Position numbers and translations under genes: made by a program. A stretch of 64,000 nt of DNA from Felis catus (Eukaryota): positions 80,416,001 through 80,480,000 of the forward strand of contig NC_058368.1 in the NCBI RefSeq assembly GCF_018350175.1, given 5' to 3'. Positions 12,575 to 25,870 of this stretch are shown piece after piece (position 1 is the stretch's first letter; each line of letters begins with the position of its first letter). The notes below the pieces were generated by a model. That model made no database searches. It was not told where the DNA came from and saw only the letters and a program-made list of their open reading frames with translations.

Positions 12575-12751
12575 GGGGTGCGCGGGTGGCTCAGTCGGTT
12601 GAGTGACCAATTCTTGATCCCAGGGTCATGGGATCGAGCCTGAGTTGGGCTCCACACTAAGCATGGAGACCAAGATTCTCTCTCTCCTTCCGCCCCTCTG
12701 CCCAACTCACGCTCTCATTGTCTCTCTTAAAAAAACAAAACAAAACAAAAA
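12575..12751 (+). mobile_element. Older Can-SINE
   Basis: ggggtgcgcgggtggctcagtcggttgag head, CT tract and (CAAAA)n tail. Confidence 0.85.
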
Positions 12752-13602
12752 CCCCACACCTAAATGTTGAGAGAACAAAGTTTTTGCATTTAATTGTAAA
12801 CAATTTTGTTTTGTCTTTACTGGATCTAGAACAATGACACGTCTCCATTCTCTGAAGTGCCCGTTCAGGTGTCTGGGGATGGGTAGATCCCGGGACACAG
12901 GTTAGCGCTGACTAGCCCTGGGTGGGTGGGGGGGGGGCTCCTGCTTTGGGGGAGGTGGTCCATTCCGATGGATTTCCTGGCTCACGGCAGGGGGAGGGGC
13001 TGGAAGCCCCTTCCTCTCCCCAGGGAATTGGGGACTGGCTGTGGTTTTGCTTTTAATTCTCACAGAGTTATCAGTGACTTCCCCTAATTACCACACCCAG
13101 ATTAATTGAAGTTTTATATCGTTTTAAGTAGCACATATATTCTTTTCTCAGGAATATCCCCAATGTTAATTTTGCATCCAATTCCCTTCCTTTGGGATGT
13201 GGACTGCTGGGGGGCGGGGGTGGTCAGCGGGTGGCCAGGAAGGGGATAAGGACAGCATTGCTGCCCCCTGCTGGTGGAGGCAGACATCGTAAAGCCAGTG
13301 CAAAGACCACAGGGGTTCACATCCCAGGGGTACCTTCCCCACGCGCCACACAGCTCGTCACATGCAGATGCTGGGGTTTTTCTGTAGCATCTGACATTTG
13401 AAGTGAATACTTTCTGGATACACCACTCTAGAGCATGACCGCTAGATTCAGGCTGGTTTCAAGCAGGTTTTACTTTTTCCTTCCTGCATACCAGGTATCA
13501 AATATTTACTGAAAATTTTGTTTTTCCTGGATACCTGACATTGTAACTATTCCAAATGTATTATTTTGTTCTTTCCCGCGTATTCATGTTTATTAGAGTA
13601 TA

Positions 13603-13817
13603 TTTATTTTTGAAGTTTACTTATTTATTTTGAGAGAGAGACAGAGAGAGAAGAGTGCAGGGGAGGGGCATAGAGAGAGGGAGAAAGAGAATCCCAAGCA
13701 GGCTGCACGCTGTCGGCACAGAGCCTGATGCAGGGTTGGATCCTACAAACTGTGAGATAGTGACCTGAGCCGAAATCAAGAGTTGGACGTTTAACCAACG
13801 GAACCACCCAGGCGCCC
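13603..13817 (-). mobile_element. Can-SINE
   Basis: Full structure; TSD-like tagagtatattta / tagactatactta. Confidence 0.9.
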
Positions 13818-16059
13818 TAGACTATACTTACTGATTAATCTGTTTAAAGCAAATCCTGAGGCTGGTTTAGGACGAGCTCCTGCAACAGATTGCCTATGAT
13901 TAACAGGAGTGGAGATTTAATCCGACAGTCGTGGTGGTGAATGTGATTTTCTCCCTGTTGGGACTGGGCACGGTCACAGTGGTGAGGGATGGCACTCGGA
14001 CTGAGCAGCCCCGGCGAGCGCTGGAGCCCTGCAGCCTCTTTGGCAATTGTGTGGGATGTAAGCAGATGTCCAGGCTTCTCAGATCTCAGCCCCGAAGGGG
14101 GGCTCCTGTCGGACCACGGCTCACCTCCTTCCCGGGGTGCCCTGGCTGACATCAGTCACACTCGGAAGGAGATCTGCTTTCCAAGTGGTTGGTTTCTCCA
14201 AGTGAGTTTTCACGCCAATGGGGAAGAGCCTCCAGTCATTCATCCCTGTGACTGTCAGACCCCAGCAGGTACAGCTTCAACTTTTTGGGGCAGGAGGGGG
14301 GAGGAGGGCGTGAGGGTTCACCCAGACGATAACGGCTTCCGATCCTTGGCAATAAGCCAACCACACATGTTAGCAGACGCCTCTTTATATTGTGTCCCCA
14401 GTGGAAGATGTGTGTGCAAAGGCTGATGGTGACTTTGACAATGTGGGGTTTGGGGATTCACCCATTCAGATGGGGACTCTCAAACCCCGAGGCTAGCTGG
14501 GACTAACAGAGGAGCCAGGCTCTGGCATCTCACTGCCACCTCTTGTAGGGGAGGGCCAGTTAAAGGGCATAAAGCCTATGAACGTGCCAAAAACATTAAA
14601 AAATAAAAATTTTATTTACATGAACATTATCTTCCTTCCTCCTTTACGTGAATAGTACTACAGACACTACCGAGACCAAATCTAAATGAGCAAACGTGAA
14701 CCGGGGGGGAGTTTACGACCTGATGGAAAGAGGGGTGAGGTCGGGCGGAGGGGCGCTGCCGGCCTGTGACACGCCTGCACTGGCTCCCGCTTTCCCGCGT
14801 GGGGCATCAGGAGGGTCAGGTCTAGGGACAGTGTCCTGCCCAAAGCAAGGCCGGGGTCCCACAAGACCTTTGCCGCCGGCCGGCAGTTGCTCCGGGCTCA
14901 ACACTGCCCTGCCCGCTTGGGGGGTGCACGTGCCCCCGGGGAGGCTCCCCAGCGAGGCCCTGGAGGCTCAAGTGTGGTCTCGCCGGCTCCACCCCTCCAG
15001 ACCCAGGGGCCTGAGGGCAGAGGCCCCTCACCTGCAGAGGCACCCAGGCCTGGCCGGTCCTCTGTCTCTAGAACACCCAGTCTCTCCAGGAGGCCTCGGG
15101 AGGGACATCAGCCCACAGTGCCCCCTCCTGCCAGACACCCTCCCCTGCTGCAGGGCTGCACGCACCCCTCTCCCCACTCCCCCCGGCAAGCCGGCCTCAG
15201 AGGAAGACACTGTAGCCCCTTCAGGCAAAGCGCTTGCGGCCCTGGTCAGAAGGTGCCCCTGAGCACCAAGGGGACTTTTTCTAGACTGGAGGCTCCATGG
15301 GGGCCGGCACTGTGTCGCCTTGTGCGTTCTGGTGTCGCCAGCACGGGGACAGTGTGGACCCATGCCAGGTGCTGGCTGAATACTGAGGGTGCGCGCCCAG
15401 GTGGGGAGGGGTGGAGTCTGCGCCCTGGCGCTCCCTTTGCTCTGCCAATTTCCAAGCCTGCAAAGCCCACCCCCTGCTCACCCGGCCAGGGCTCCACACG
15501 GTGATGCCCAGAGGACCGCAGGGCCCCAAACCTTTGGGTTTCCGGCTGGCGATTTCCGGAAGGGAATTTTTCAGGTTGACAGAGACAAGGATCAGGTTTC
15601 ATGGCTTGTGACTAATTGCGTGAAGGTATTTACGCTTCCAGCCGATTCGCTGATCCAACGGGAGTCTCACTCGACACCTCATTAAAAATGAAAACCAGTA
15701 GAAAATACACTCGGTCTGAGGATGGCAGCTTGGGACGGTGACGGGTCTCCGAGCTGTTATTTCTTACAGCCGCCACACCCACAAGGCCATCGCTGTGGGG
15801 CACCAGAGTCACCCCAGCGAGACCTCTCTGGCCTGTCACCTGCCCTTTACTTCCCGGAGTCCAGAGGCTGGTCTGTTGCTGATGCAAAGGAGCCTGCTCC
15901 TCCCCTGCCTCAGAGGCCTGATGGTCAGGCGAGCCTGCCGGCAGGGCCCGGGGGAACAAGGTGCCTCACGTCAGCTGGCGGGAGCCACCACAGGCTGTTG
16001 TCCCATCTGAGGACTGTGCCTGTGGTCCAGCGGTGGTAGTCGTCCAGTGTCAGGACACC

Positions 16060-16235
16060 AGGCCGTGGGTTCAAACCCATCCCCCCTCCCCCACTGAAAA
16101 CAGTGACGTGGGACAAGTTACTTCTCTCTGCCCCCGATCTCTGAAACCACTGCTCGCGGTTGCGGTCAGGATGAAGTGAGTTAGTATGGTAAGGCCGTGG
16201 AACGCAGTCTGCACAGAATGGCACAGAATAGGCAG
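16060..16235 (+). mobile_element. MIR fragment
   Basis: ggttcaaacccat...gtgacgtgggacaagttacttctctctg...aggatgaagtgagttagta resembles the MIR consensus. Confidence 0.65.
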
Positions 16236-16711
16236 TGGCCACTGGCTCATCCACCCCCTAGGTGAGCACACCGGGCTTTGACAGGGTCACAGATTCACCC
16301 AAGGCTATGCCTGCGTGCCAGGAGGCAGCATCGAGGCTCCAACTCTGTCTTCATATACCACGTGGTCGGTCAGACCCCGCAGATCTCCCCACCCCACCCA
16401 GTAGACATCCACAGGCGCGGCCTGGACACGTCCTCTAATCCACTGCACGTCCTGTGAGCGAAATGGCAGGGCTGGGGGAGCCAGGAGGCGCGGAGTCTTT
16501 AACACACAAGGCAACAGGTCCAGCTGGAATCTTAACAATATTCAGACCGGGAATTGGCTGGATTGCCTCGACCCAAAGTTAGGTTGTTTTCAGATGAGTG
16601 CATCATTCTGGAATGTTTTCATAAAGGTCACAGGGACACAAAACAGAGAGAGGGCTTTTTTCTTTATATTTCTTCTATTTTTCTGTCTTCCAAGCTTTGT
16701 GACATCATCCA

Positions 16712-17120
16712 CTATAGTGGATTCAATAGTGTCTCGCTCAAAGTCACGTCTACCCAGAATCTCAGGATGTGACTTTACAAGGAAACAGGGTTTTTACAGG
16801 TGAAATTAGTTAAGATGAGGTCATGCTGCATAGACTGGGCCCCACGTCCAATGACGGGTCCCTACCAGAGGAGAGGACGCAGAGGGAGATGGCCAGGGAC
16901 AATGGAGGCAGGGATGGGAATGTGTCACAAGCCAAGGCCACCAAGAAGTGCCGGGCCACCAGGAGCTGGAGAGGTAGGAAGGACCTCCCAGAGCCTTCAG
17001 GGGGAATTCGGCCCTGCAACGCCGTGGTCTCAAGCTTCTGGCTGCAGGGCTGTGAGCCGCCAATCCGGTTGTTGGAGCGGCCTGGCGTGTGGCACTTTGC
17101 TCGGCCCTGGGCGCGCTCAG
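16712..17120 (+). mobile_element. MLT1-family (ERVL-MaLR) solo LTR
   Basis: cccagaatctcaggatgtgacttt...aattagttaagatgaggtcat...cacaagccaagg...ccaccaggagctggagagg...cagagccttcag matches a recalled MLT1B/C-type LTR. Confidence 0.8.
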
Positions 17121-17720
17121 ACCCGCACCAGGACCACCAGAAGGTTGTGGAAGACCCAAGGTGCTTGCTGATCAGAATTGTCTCCTCGGGCTGCCACTCA
17201 CCGGGCTGGGTGAGATGGGACGGAGGCCACCGGCTTCTCAGCATTTCCCTCGCCGGTTCGTCAAACCCTGCGACGCCAGACAGTTTTTTTCATTCAAAGA
17301 AAGGGCCAGAAAATCAAGTGTCAGAGCCCCCAGCTGACTCCTGGCAGGCAGACACTGGCCACGGGGCACCTCCACTGTAGGCAATGGTCATCTGGGGACG
17401 CGCACTCAGCATCCGCTGGGAGTCGGGGACCCAGAGGCACATTGATGCAGGGCATTCAAGCCCTCCAGGCTCCCCGCCGTCCCGGGGCCTCACTCGTTCT
17501 CTCTGCTGCCCGGCACCGCATCTCACGCTGAATGAGGTGCCTGGTAACCACCCACTGAGCTGAACACAGAAAGTTAGGCGAGTCCCGAACTACGCACGGC
17601 ACACACACAGGGACAGTGTCCTGCTTCCTCACTTCCGGTGGGGCCCCAGTGCACCCCCCCACCCCCGTGCCCGGCCAGACCCCTTTTCAGGTCCTTCTCC
17701 CCATGCAGCCCTGCCCAACC

Positions 17721-17897
17721 CACCACCATCAGGGGCTCTGAGTCCCCTCCCCCACCACTGTTGGGGTGAGAAGGGCTCCGTGTCCCCTCCCCACACCGCC
17801 ATGGGGCGGGGGGCTCTGCGTCCCCTCCCCCCACTGCCATGGGGGCTCCAGGTCCCCTCTGCCCATCGCCATCAGGGGCTCCCTATCCTCTTCCCCC
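17721..17897. repeat. Degenerate GC-rich minisatellite (~5 units of 30-40 bp)
   Basis: Recurring acc/gccat...ggggctc...gtcccctcccc core. Confidence 0.7.
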
Positions 17898-18527
17898 TAG
17901 GGGCAGTAGGTGCTACCAGACCCTGCCTGCAAGGGGCCGCCGGGACCCGTCCTCCTGGGCTGCAGCAATGGTTCATGGCTATGGACAAGAGCCTGGTGTC
18001 CTGGCCCTGCTGCTGTGGGACCCCCTAAGCCCCAGGCTTCCCTGGCAGTTGGAGCCCCAGAAGGGCCACAGGACGGAAGCTGAGCTGCCGGGGACACAGT
18101 GAGGGAAGAGGGGGCAGCCTCCCCGAGGGGCTGTCCCCCCCCCAAAAGTGTGTCATCGTTTCCTGTAACAACCCAGGTGGAGTTTGGCTCTGGGGCTTGA
18201 GTGACAGGGATGGGTGTGAGCGCACGGTCCCCTGACCGCGCGGAAAATGTGTCCAGCCACAGGGCCCAGGGTGCGGGGTGACAGAGGGCCGTGGCAGGGG
18301 GAACAGAGCACAGCATTCCCAGGACAAGCAAGACAGCACAGGGACAAGATCACAGAGCGCGTTGTGGGCAGAGGTGCTGGGTTCAGGGGAGAGAAGACAG
18401 GGTCTGAACGGACGAGCGTCTGCCGAGATGGCCAAAGAGCTCCTCTCGGGTGTGCTCAGGAGAGTCCCTCCCAGCGGTGCGGTGGCTGAGAGGACCTGGG
18501 TCCGCCGGGAACCGCAGCAGCACTGGG

Positions 18528-18835
18528 TTTAGGGGGTCACACGTGCCACCTGCAAAGGCTGAGTTGGTTACGGGCGAGCTGTGTGGGTGTGACCTTTTGC
18601 AGAGACAGGCTCTTTGCACATGTGATGACGGGAATGTGGGGTCTGCATGAGAGGCTTGTGCGGTGCTGGTGTCCTTGGAAGCGGGGATGTCATGTGAAGA
18701 CAGACCATGGGGAGAACACCCGGGGAAGACCGAGGAAGATGCTGGGGTGATGCATCTACGAGCCAGGGAACAAGGCCCACTGGCCACCCCAGAAGGCGGA
18801 GGAAGGACTCTGCGAGTCTCAGGGAGCGAGCCACA
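18528..18835 (+). mobile_element. MLT1-like LTR fragment
   Basis: gtgtgaccttttgcagagacaggctctttgcacatgtgat...ggggtgatgcatctacgagccagggaac resembles MLT1. Confidence 0.6.
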
Positions 18836-19989
18836 AGACCATGGGTCACCCCGAAACCAGGGGTGTGCACCAGGTGCCCTGGACAGACGCCAGGCCTCGA
18901 GGCCTCCAGGGGCCTGCAGCTCCTGCCGCCCCCTCCCCCACCCGTCCTTCAGCTGAGCCCTCGGGGCCAAGGGGGTCTGGGGCGGGTCCCCACCCAGAGG
19001 ACGCTCTCTGTTCCTCCAGGATTCTTCCAGTCACTCCCATCTAGTGTCTGCTTCGTGACGAGGCTCAAGGGCCAGGATTTTGCCACTTTTGTCTCCGGTT
19101 TAGGAGGGACCCCCCCCCTCCACCGCTGCTCACATGTGGGACAATGGCATGAGGGACGGACAGCGGAAGGCACCAGTCCATGCCGGGTGCCACCGTCCTC
19201 CAACCTCCACACCATCTGGTGTCACTCAGGCAACTCAGAGCACCTGGCACAGCTGGTGGGGGAGCTGGGGTGCTCCGAAACCCCACTCACACTCCAGCAC
19301 CTTCCACGGGAGTCCGGGGCCACTTTCAGAGACGCCACCAACCCCTACTCCTCAGGTGTAAGCATAGCCCTGTGGCAGCCAAGCACCTGTCCTGCTGGGA
19401 GTCTAACCACACGGTTGGGGAGGGGCCCCAGCCCAGAACAGCCGGGTGGCGGGTCAGCTGAGGGCAGTGTGCCCGCAGCCTAGGGAAGGCACCCACACCC
19501 GCAGACGGGGGCTCACGCTGCTCAGGGTGTCCGTCACCAGGCCGGGGTTGGAGGGCAGGGTGACAGCATTCAACGTGGTGACATTCCCTCCCATGGTTGT
19601 CAGGCCCGTGCCCACGGATGGCACCAGAGCCCCAGGGAGGGACGAAGACCTGGGCTCCCCCGCACAGGTCCCACCAGAGGGCATTTTATTAGCACAGATC
19701 CTACAAGCTGTCAATAGTATTCCCCCTGGTAGTGTGACATGTGACAGATACGAAATAATTGTACATGGCGTCTGGAAGCAGTCTCGCACAAAGTGGGCCA
19801 TTTGGCTAAAATGACATATAATAGGAACAGAGACACCGCCATTTATCTACACGCTTTTGTCTACACCTACATAAGCTTCTTCAATTGTTTGATGAAGGAT
19901 CCGAGAACCAAAATGATGGGGAAAAGGTAAAAACATTTCTTTAAGCACAGATTTTCATCTCCGACCCAAGTGCAAATAAAATCGCTCCA

Positions 19990-20153
19990 GGGGCGCCTGG
20001 GTGGCTCAGTCAGTTAAGCATCCGACTTCGCCTCAGGTCATGACCTCGAGGTTCATGGGTTAGAGTCCTTCATGCTCTGTGCTGACAGCTTGGAGCCTGG
20101 AGCCTGCTTCAGATTCTGTGTCTCCATCGCTCTCTGCCCCTCCCCCTCTCACG

Positions 20154-20200
<47 letters not shown>

Positions 20201-20231
20201 TCCAAAATGAATAAATGTTAAAAAATTAAAA
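19990..20231 (+). mobile_element. SINEC_Fc with an expanded (TG)~22 microsatellite at ~20155-20198
   Basis: SINE head and tail; TSD-like aaaatcgctcca / aaaatcactcta. Confidence 0.92.
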
Positions 20232-20480
20232 GAAAATCACTCTAGCGACATCGTGTTTCAGGGCCAAGCACCGCACGGTTCACCTTCTCTGTCACATCGA
20301 GTGCAAAGCATTTTGCCAGAAACGTCTGTAACCTAAGATCCAACGATGACAGCTCAATTACGTTATTAGCCTTGCAGTGAAAAACAGAAATAATGGTTCG
20401 GAGAAAGTGTTCCAAATTACAGACCCTCCGTGGTGGACCAAAGCTTATTAGGACATTTTCTTCTAAAGACAAGGTAGTTC

Positions 20481-20702
20481 GGGCGCCTGGGTGGCTCAGT
20501 CAGTTGAGCGTCCGACTTCAGCTCAGGTCATGATCTCACAGTTCGTGAGTTCGAGCCCCACGTCGGGCTCTGTGCTGTCAGTTCAGAGCCTGGAGCCTGC
20601 TTCAGATTCTGTGTCTCCCTCTCTCTCTGCCCCTTCCCCGCTCATGCTCTGTCTCTGTCTCTCAAAAATGAATAAACGTTAAAAAAATTAAAAAAAAAAA
20701 AA
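20481..20702 (+). mobile_element. SINEC_Fc
   Basis: Perfect 16-bp TSD aaagacaaggtagttc. Confidence 0.95.
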
Positions 20703-20814
20703 GACAAGGTAGTTCAAGACCACCGTGGAACTGTTTCAACCAATCAGGCTGGGGGCACTCGGAAGCCTCCGGGCTGGCGGAGAGGAGGTGTGCAGCTGCC
20801 GGAAAACACTGCTT

Positions 20815-21000
20815 CTCTGGTGTGTGTGTGTGTGTTGTGCAGCTCTGTGTGTCTTATGCGTTGTGGGTCTTGTGTTCTACGTGTGTTGTGTATATGTGTG
20901 TTGTGCATACAGTATGTTGTATGTGTGTGTGCATGTTTGGGTGGCTCTTGTGTGTCCGGGTGTGTGCTGTGTGTGTGTGTACATGTGTGTGCACGCATCT
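20815..21000. repeat. Degenerate (TG)n low-complexity tract
   Basis: Interrupted tgtgtg runs over ~185 bp. Confidence 0.85.
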
Positions 21001-21143
21001 AAGCAAGGTGGGGACAGGCACACACGTGTCTTAGAAAGTTTGATCAAGAATCGTTTCCAGAACCCAGGAGAGCTCCCTGCCCACTCTTTCATATGGACGT
21101 GTTGCCTAATATACTCATCGCTGGGCAGAAAGGAAATTTGAGA

Positions 21144-21336
21144 GTTTTAAAAAATGTTTACTTATTTTAGAGAGAGAGCAAGAGAGTGGGGGAAGGGGCA
21201 GAGAGAGAGGGAGAATCCTAACCCATGCTATCAGCTTGGAGCACGACATGGAGCTCGACCCCACGGACCCTGAGATCGTAACCTGAGCTGAAATCAAGAG
21301 TTCGACGCTTAACCGACTGAGCCACCCGGGGGCCCC
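21144..21336 (-). mobile_element. Can-SINE
   Basis: gagatcgtaacctgagctgaaatcaagagttcgacgcttaaccgactgagccaccc. Confidence 0.88.
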
Positions 21337-22237
21337 AGAAACCGGAGATTCTTTAAATCCTCATAAAAGCGGTGCAGTCATGGCTAACGAGGCAGTCAGT
21401 GTGCCCCGAGGGCAGAACGCTGCAGATGTGCCCACACGACCCCAAACATGGCCACCTTGGAGCTGTGGCCCTCCACCCCCAGCCTCCCGAAGGGCCCCCT
21501 CCTGATGGAGGAAGGGCGGGGCAAGGATGCTGAGCAGAGTGTGCTGACACCTACTTCCCCGGCACCAAGATTCAACCTTTGAGGAAAAGTCGCACATGAT
21601 AAGACAGTTCCAAGGACAAAGAGCGCTGGAGCCCCGAGACTCGTCTTTGAACTGCGACTTTGGATTCTACAACCACAAGAGGCCCGATGTTGGTCCCAAT
21701 CCCCCGCCCTCCTGCCGTCCCTGCTTCATGGACCTCTAGAGCAAGATGGGGTTTTAGTTATGAAGTATACAGCAAGTCCTATTCGGGGTCACCTCTGTAA
21801 ATGTGTCCTGCTGCAGTCACACGGGAGCGAGCGTTTTCGAAGGATCCGTCAGGAGCTGGTGTCTGTTTCCCGGCCACTGGTCCCGGCACCAAGAATGTGT
21901 TCCCATCCTCCGCCCCGACACAAGACCTTTGGCTACCCCAGTGACCTGCCTCAAACCGATCACGACCAAAGTGACAGCTGAGCTGGCCTGTGGTCCGGCG
22001 TGGGGTGATGGGCGGGGCCGCCGGCCGGTGCGGGTCCCGAATCTGGTCGCTCTGTGTACATCAACTTAGCTCCCTCCCTGGAACCTGGCCACCGCACTTC
22101 CATTTAGGTTTGATTTCCCTAGTCTCGAAGGTGTTCGGTCTGCAGGGTGTCCCTCGCGTCCCCTGTGGGTTGGAGTCCTTCCCCAGCTAATCTCTTTCCC
22201 CTCCAGATGTAAGCACGCCCTGCATCTCGAACCCCCC

Positions 22238-22710
22238 ATGCACACACGCAGTACACATACGCAAGCATGCAGTGCACACAGACTCACAGGCACACACACA
22301 CAGCACACCCAAGTACACCCTCACACCTGCACGCAGTGCACACACGGACACACATGCACACACACGTACACACACACGTGCATACAGTGCACACACAATC
22401 CATGCAGTGCACACACTTACACACTCAGTGCAACACGCACACACCCATACATGCACGCAGTGAACACACGTACACACGCACACACATACACATCCATGCA
22501 GTGCACACACTTACACACTCAGTGCAACACGCACACACACACACATGCAGTGCACACACATGCATGCAGTGCACACACACGCACACACGCAGTGCACACA
22601 CATACACATTCGTGCACACACACATATACACGTGTACACTCTCACACTCACACACGCACACCCGCAGTGCACACATGTACACACTCATGCATGCACATAC
22701 ACACAGGCAC
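22238..22710. repeat. Complex (CA)-rich repeat punctuated by gcagtgcacaca motifs
   Basis: ~470 bp of largely alternating purine/pyrimidine sequence; a ~47-bp block is duplicated at 22398 and 22492. Confidence 0.92.
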
Positions 22711-24718
22711 CCCTCCCCATGTGATCTTTCTGGCCACCGTCCCACCCAGGTCCCGTGAGAGCTGACCGTGACACCAGCAGCCTGAACTCACCCTTTTCCC
22801 TTCAGCTTGTGTTGTCAGCCTCAGCCTGCTGCCCCCCCGCTCCGCTACCCCACTGCTGTGAGCGTCCCCTTCGCTCCCAGGTTGGGTGGACGCTTTTCCA
22901 CTTCTTACCCTCTTTCCTGGAACCCCTCTCGTGGGTCCCACGTGCTCCCGCTCCCGGTTTCCACGGGACACGTCTGCTCGTGTGTCTTCCCACCAGACTC
23001 CCACCCACTGCCCTTCCTCTGGCCGTCCTTCAGGGGACGCTTCTCTTCTCTTCTCTGTGTGCCCCACCCCGGGGGAGCACACCCACGCCTCTACACCTGG
23101 AGCCGACAACACCTAAACCTAGTGCCTTCTCAGGTCTTCTCGGGTCCCAGACTAACGTTCTCACTCATTCACTCATCAACTGGACGTTTCCACGTGGATG
23201 TCCTGCTGTGGGTTCAACTGTGTCCCCCAGAGCCCCGGTTCCCACCGTAGAGAGGGAGCAGGCTGCCTCAGCTTGGAGGGGACCCCACCAGCAGCCGGGG
23301 CCCTGGGTGCCCCACTGTCTCCACCCGGAGGAGCCGGGGAGGTGCCGTGGGAGGCGCCGTGGACCGAGTGGGAGGCCCCGGGGAAGAGGCTTCCTGCGTG
23401 CGGGGTGATCAGTCTCGGGAGCCTGCTGGCGGGGGCCAGCTCCTGCTCCACGGGGGCCCCCACCGGCCTCCTGGCAACTCCACCCCTCCCTGGGGGGGAG
23501 GTGCAGGGGCGCTGGCACCCTCCTCGGACCCTCCCTGTGACCTGGCATTTCCTGAGGCCACAGGCTTCCACTGGACAGGACCTGTGGTCCAGGAAGGGTT
23601 CCTTGAGCACCAAGCACGGGGGGGGGGGGAGGCCGGGGGGGGGGTGCTGGGCCACCGCAGGAGCCCAGAGGACGCAGGCTACTCCAGTCTACACCCCGGC
23701 AAACCGCGAGGGCCTGTGGCTCCTCCAGGGAGTGACTCTGCACGTACTTGTCAAACACGGTCTGTACCTTTACGGCAGAAGGAATGGTCCTCCCGGGAGC
23801 CGCGGCTGGTCCTCTGCTGAGTAAACACCGGGACCCTCTCCTAACACTGAGAAGGATCCAGCTCCGTGTGCCCGGCTTGGGGGAACTGTCACACCACAGA
23901 GGCACTGCACCAGCTTTGTGCAGGCTTTACGTTTTCACGGGGTGGTGACCGCTCACCGGAAAATGCGCAAATCACCGGCGGTGGCTTGGGGAACGATCAC
24001 AGAGTGAATACCTGTGAAACTACTGTCCTCGTCAGTAAACTGCATCACCCCAGAACACCCCGTCCTCCCTCTCAGTCACTCGGCTTAGATCAAAAAGGAA
24101 ACAAAACGAAAAACGAATTATTTTATGAGACAGTCCGAGATATATGGAAGAAATAAGATAAAAATAAAACCAAACCAAACCAAAAGAACAGGCAGGTGCA
24201 AACACCAGAGAAGCTGACAAAGTGGAACTTAAGGCCCGAAGCAGAGGCAGCAGGGGATACACGCGCCCTCACAGCCCGAGGCTTGAGCGGGGCTCAGGAA
24301 TAGGACTGCTCGAGAAGGTGGGGGGTGTCTCAGCTGCGGGCATGACGGTCGGGGGCTGGCGACCACAGGGCTTTTCCTTCCCCGAGTTTGGAAGGTGTCA
24401 GGGAGGGAGTGGCTCCTGACGCAGGAGGGAATCAGCAGAAGGGCCGCCACAAGAGGCAAAGCCACGGAAATGAGCCAGGGCATGAAGGTGGGGCCTCCAC
24501 CCTCCAACGTGCCCGGCCCACCGCTGGCCGAGACTGACCAAGGCAGTCCAGGGGAGCCGGCAGGGGCGGGGTCTGGGGGGAACCAAGGTAGCATCCGGGC
24601 ATCGGCCGTGCAAAGGGGTGTGTGGCAAAGTTAAAAAGAACAGTCCACTTAAAAAGGTAAAACAGTCGGTATGCCAGAACACACGGAAGGCAAATGCATC
24701 AAAAATACAAGGCGAAAA

Positions 24719-24939
24719 GGGGCGCCTGGGGGGCTCAGTCGGTTGAGTGTCCAACTTCCACTCAGGTCATGATCTCATGGCTCGTGAGTTCGAGCCCTGT
24801 GTTGGGCTCTGTGTTGACAGCTCAGAGCCTGGAGCCTGCTTTGGATTCCATCTCCCTCTCTCTCTGCCCCTGCCCCGCTCGTGCTCTCTTCTTCTTTCAA
24901 AAATAAAAACATTAAAAAAATTTAAAAATAAATAAAAAA
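24719..24939 (+). mobile_element. SINEC_Fc
   Basis: Full structure; TSD-like aaaaatacaagg. Confidence 0.92.
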
Positions 24940-25591
24940 TACAAGGAGAATTTGTTAGAATCGTAATCCCAGCAGGAAGCTTTGATACCCCTCTCTCAGA
25001 ATCAGACCCTTCAAGGAGGGAATGAATAAACATACATTCAGGATTCAAATAAGAATTAACTGTGTGTGTGTGTATGTGCGTGCGTGGATTACACATTCCT
25101 TTCTTAGGACAGTACAAATTTCCCCAAATTTCTTCCTGTTCTTGGTACTCCCGGGGGCCAGGAGTTTTTTCATAAATTATGAAAAGTAGAGTTCTTACAG
25201 ATAGTCCTACCTGATCTGGAAATTAATAATATGAAACGAAGACACTCATCCCCTTGGAAATTTGAAAAACATTTTTAAAGATGATTCTCAGATCAAAAGA
25301 CATGTGACTGGTAAGTGATTAGTTACGTAGAAATCAATAAAATAAGCACATTTCATCTAAAGATGAAGTTAAAGTCATAGCCAGAAGAAAATTTATAGTT
25401 TTACCCATAATTAGTCTTACTGTTGAACAAGAAAGTGTGAAATGAACAAGTTAAGCATTCAACAGAAGAAACCAGAACAGAAGAGAATAAGAATAAAATT
25501 GAAAGTGATAAAATTGAAATTAATGAAGTAGAATACAAAACAAATTAACTAATAAATAATACCAAAAGCTGGTTGTTTAAAAAATATATTT

Positions 25592-25798
25592 GGGGGGTCA
25601 TCTGGGTGGCTTAGTTGGCTAAGCGTCTGATTTCGGCTTACGTCATGATCTCACAGATTATGGGTTCAAGCCCTGCATCGGGCTCTGTGCTGACAGCTCA
25701 GAGCCTGGATCCTGCTTTGGATTCTGTGTCTCCCTCTCTCTCTGCCCTTCCCCTGCTCGTGCTCTCTCTCTGTCTCAAAAATAAATAAACATTATAAA

Positions 25799-25800
<2 letters not shown>
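25592..25800 (+). mobile_element. SINEC_Fc
   Basis: SINE body followed directly by (CA)n. Confidence 0.9.

Positions 25801-25868
<68 letters not shown>
25801..25868. repeat. (CA)n microsatellite, ~34 units with one GA interruption
   Basis: Read directly. Confidence 0.97.

Positions 25869-25870
<2 letters not shown>

Noticed and set aside
22238..22765. His/Thr-rich and Cys/Val-rich ORFs; superficially CRISPR-like repeat spacing
   Set aside because: These are translations of a (CA)n-derived repeat. The spacers are low-complexity, there are no cas genes, and the context is mammalian.
14696..24754. Many long overlapping ORFs (e.g. 14887-15504, 18707-19483, 23165-23905)
   Set aside because: Pro/Gly/Arg/Ala-rich, present in several frames on both strands, with no recognisable domain or splice structure. 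This is expected from stop-codon scarcity in GC-rich DNA, and some overlap MLT LTRs.
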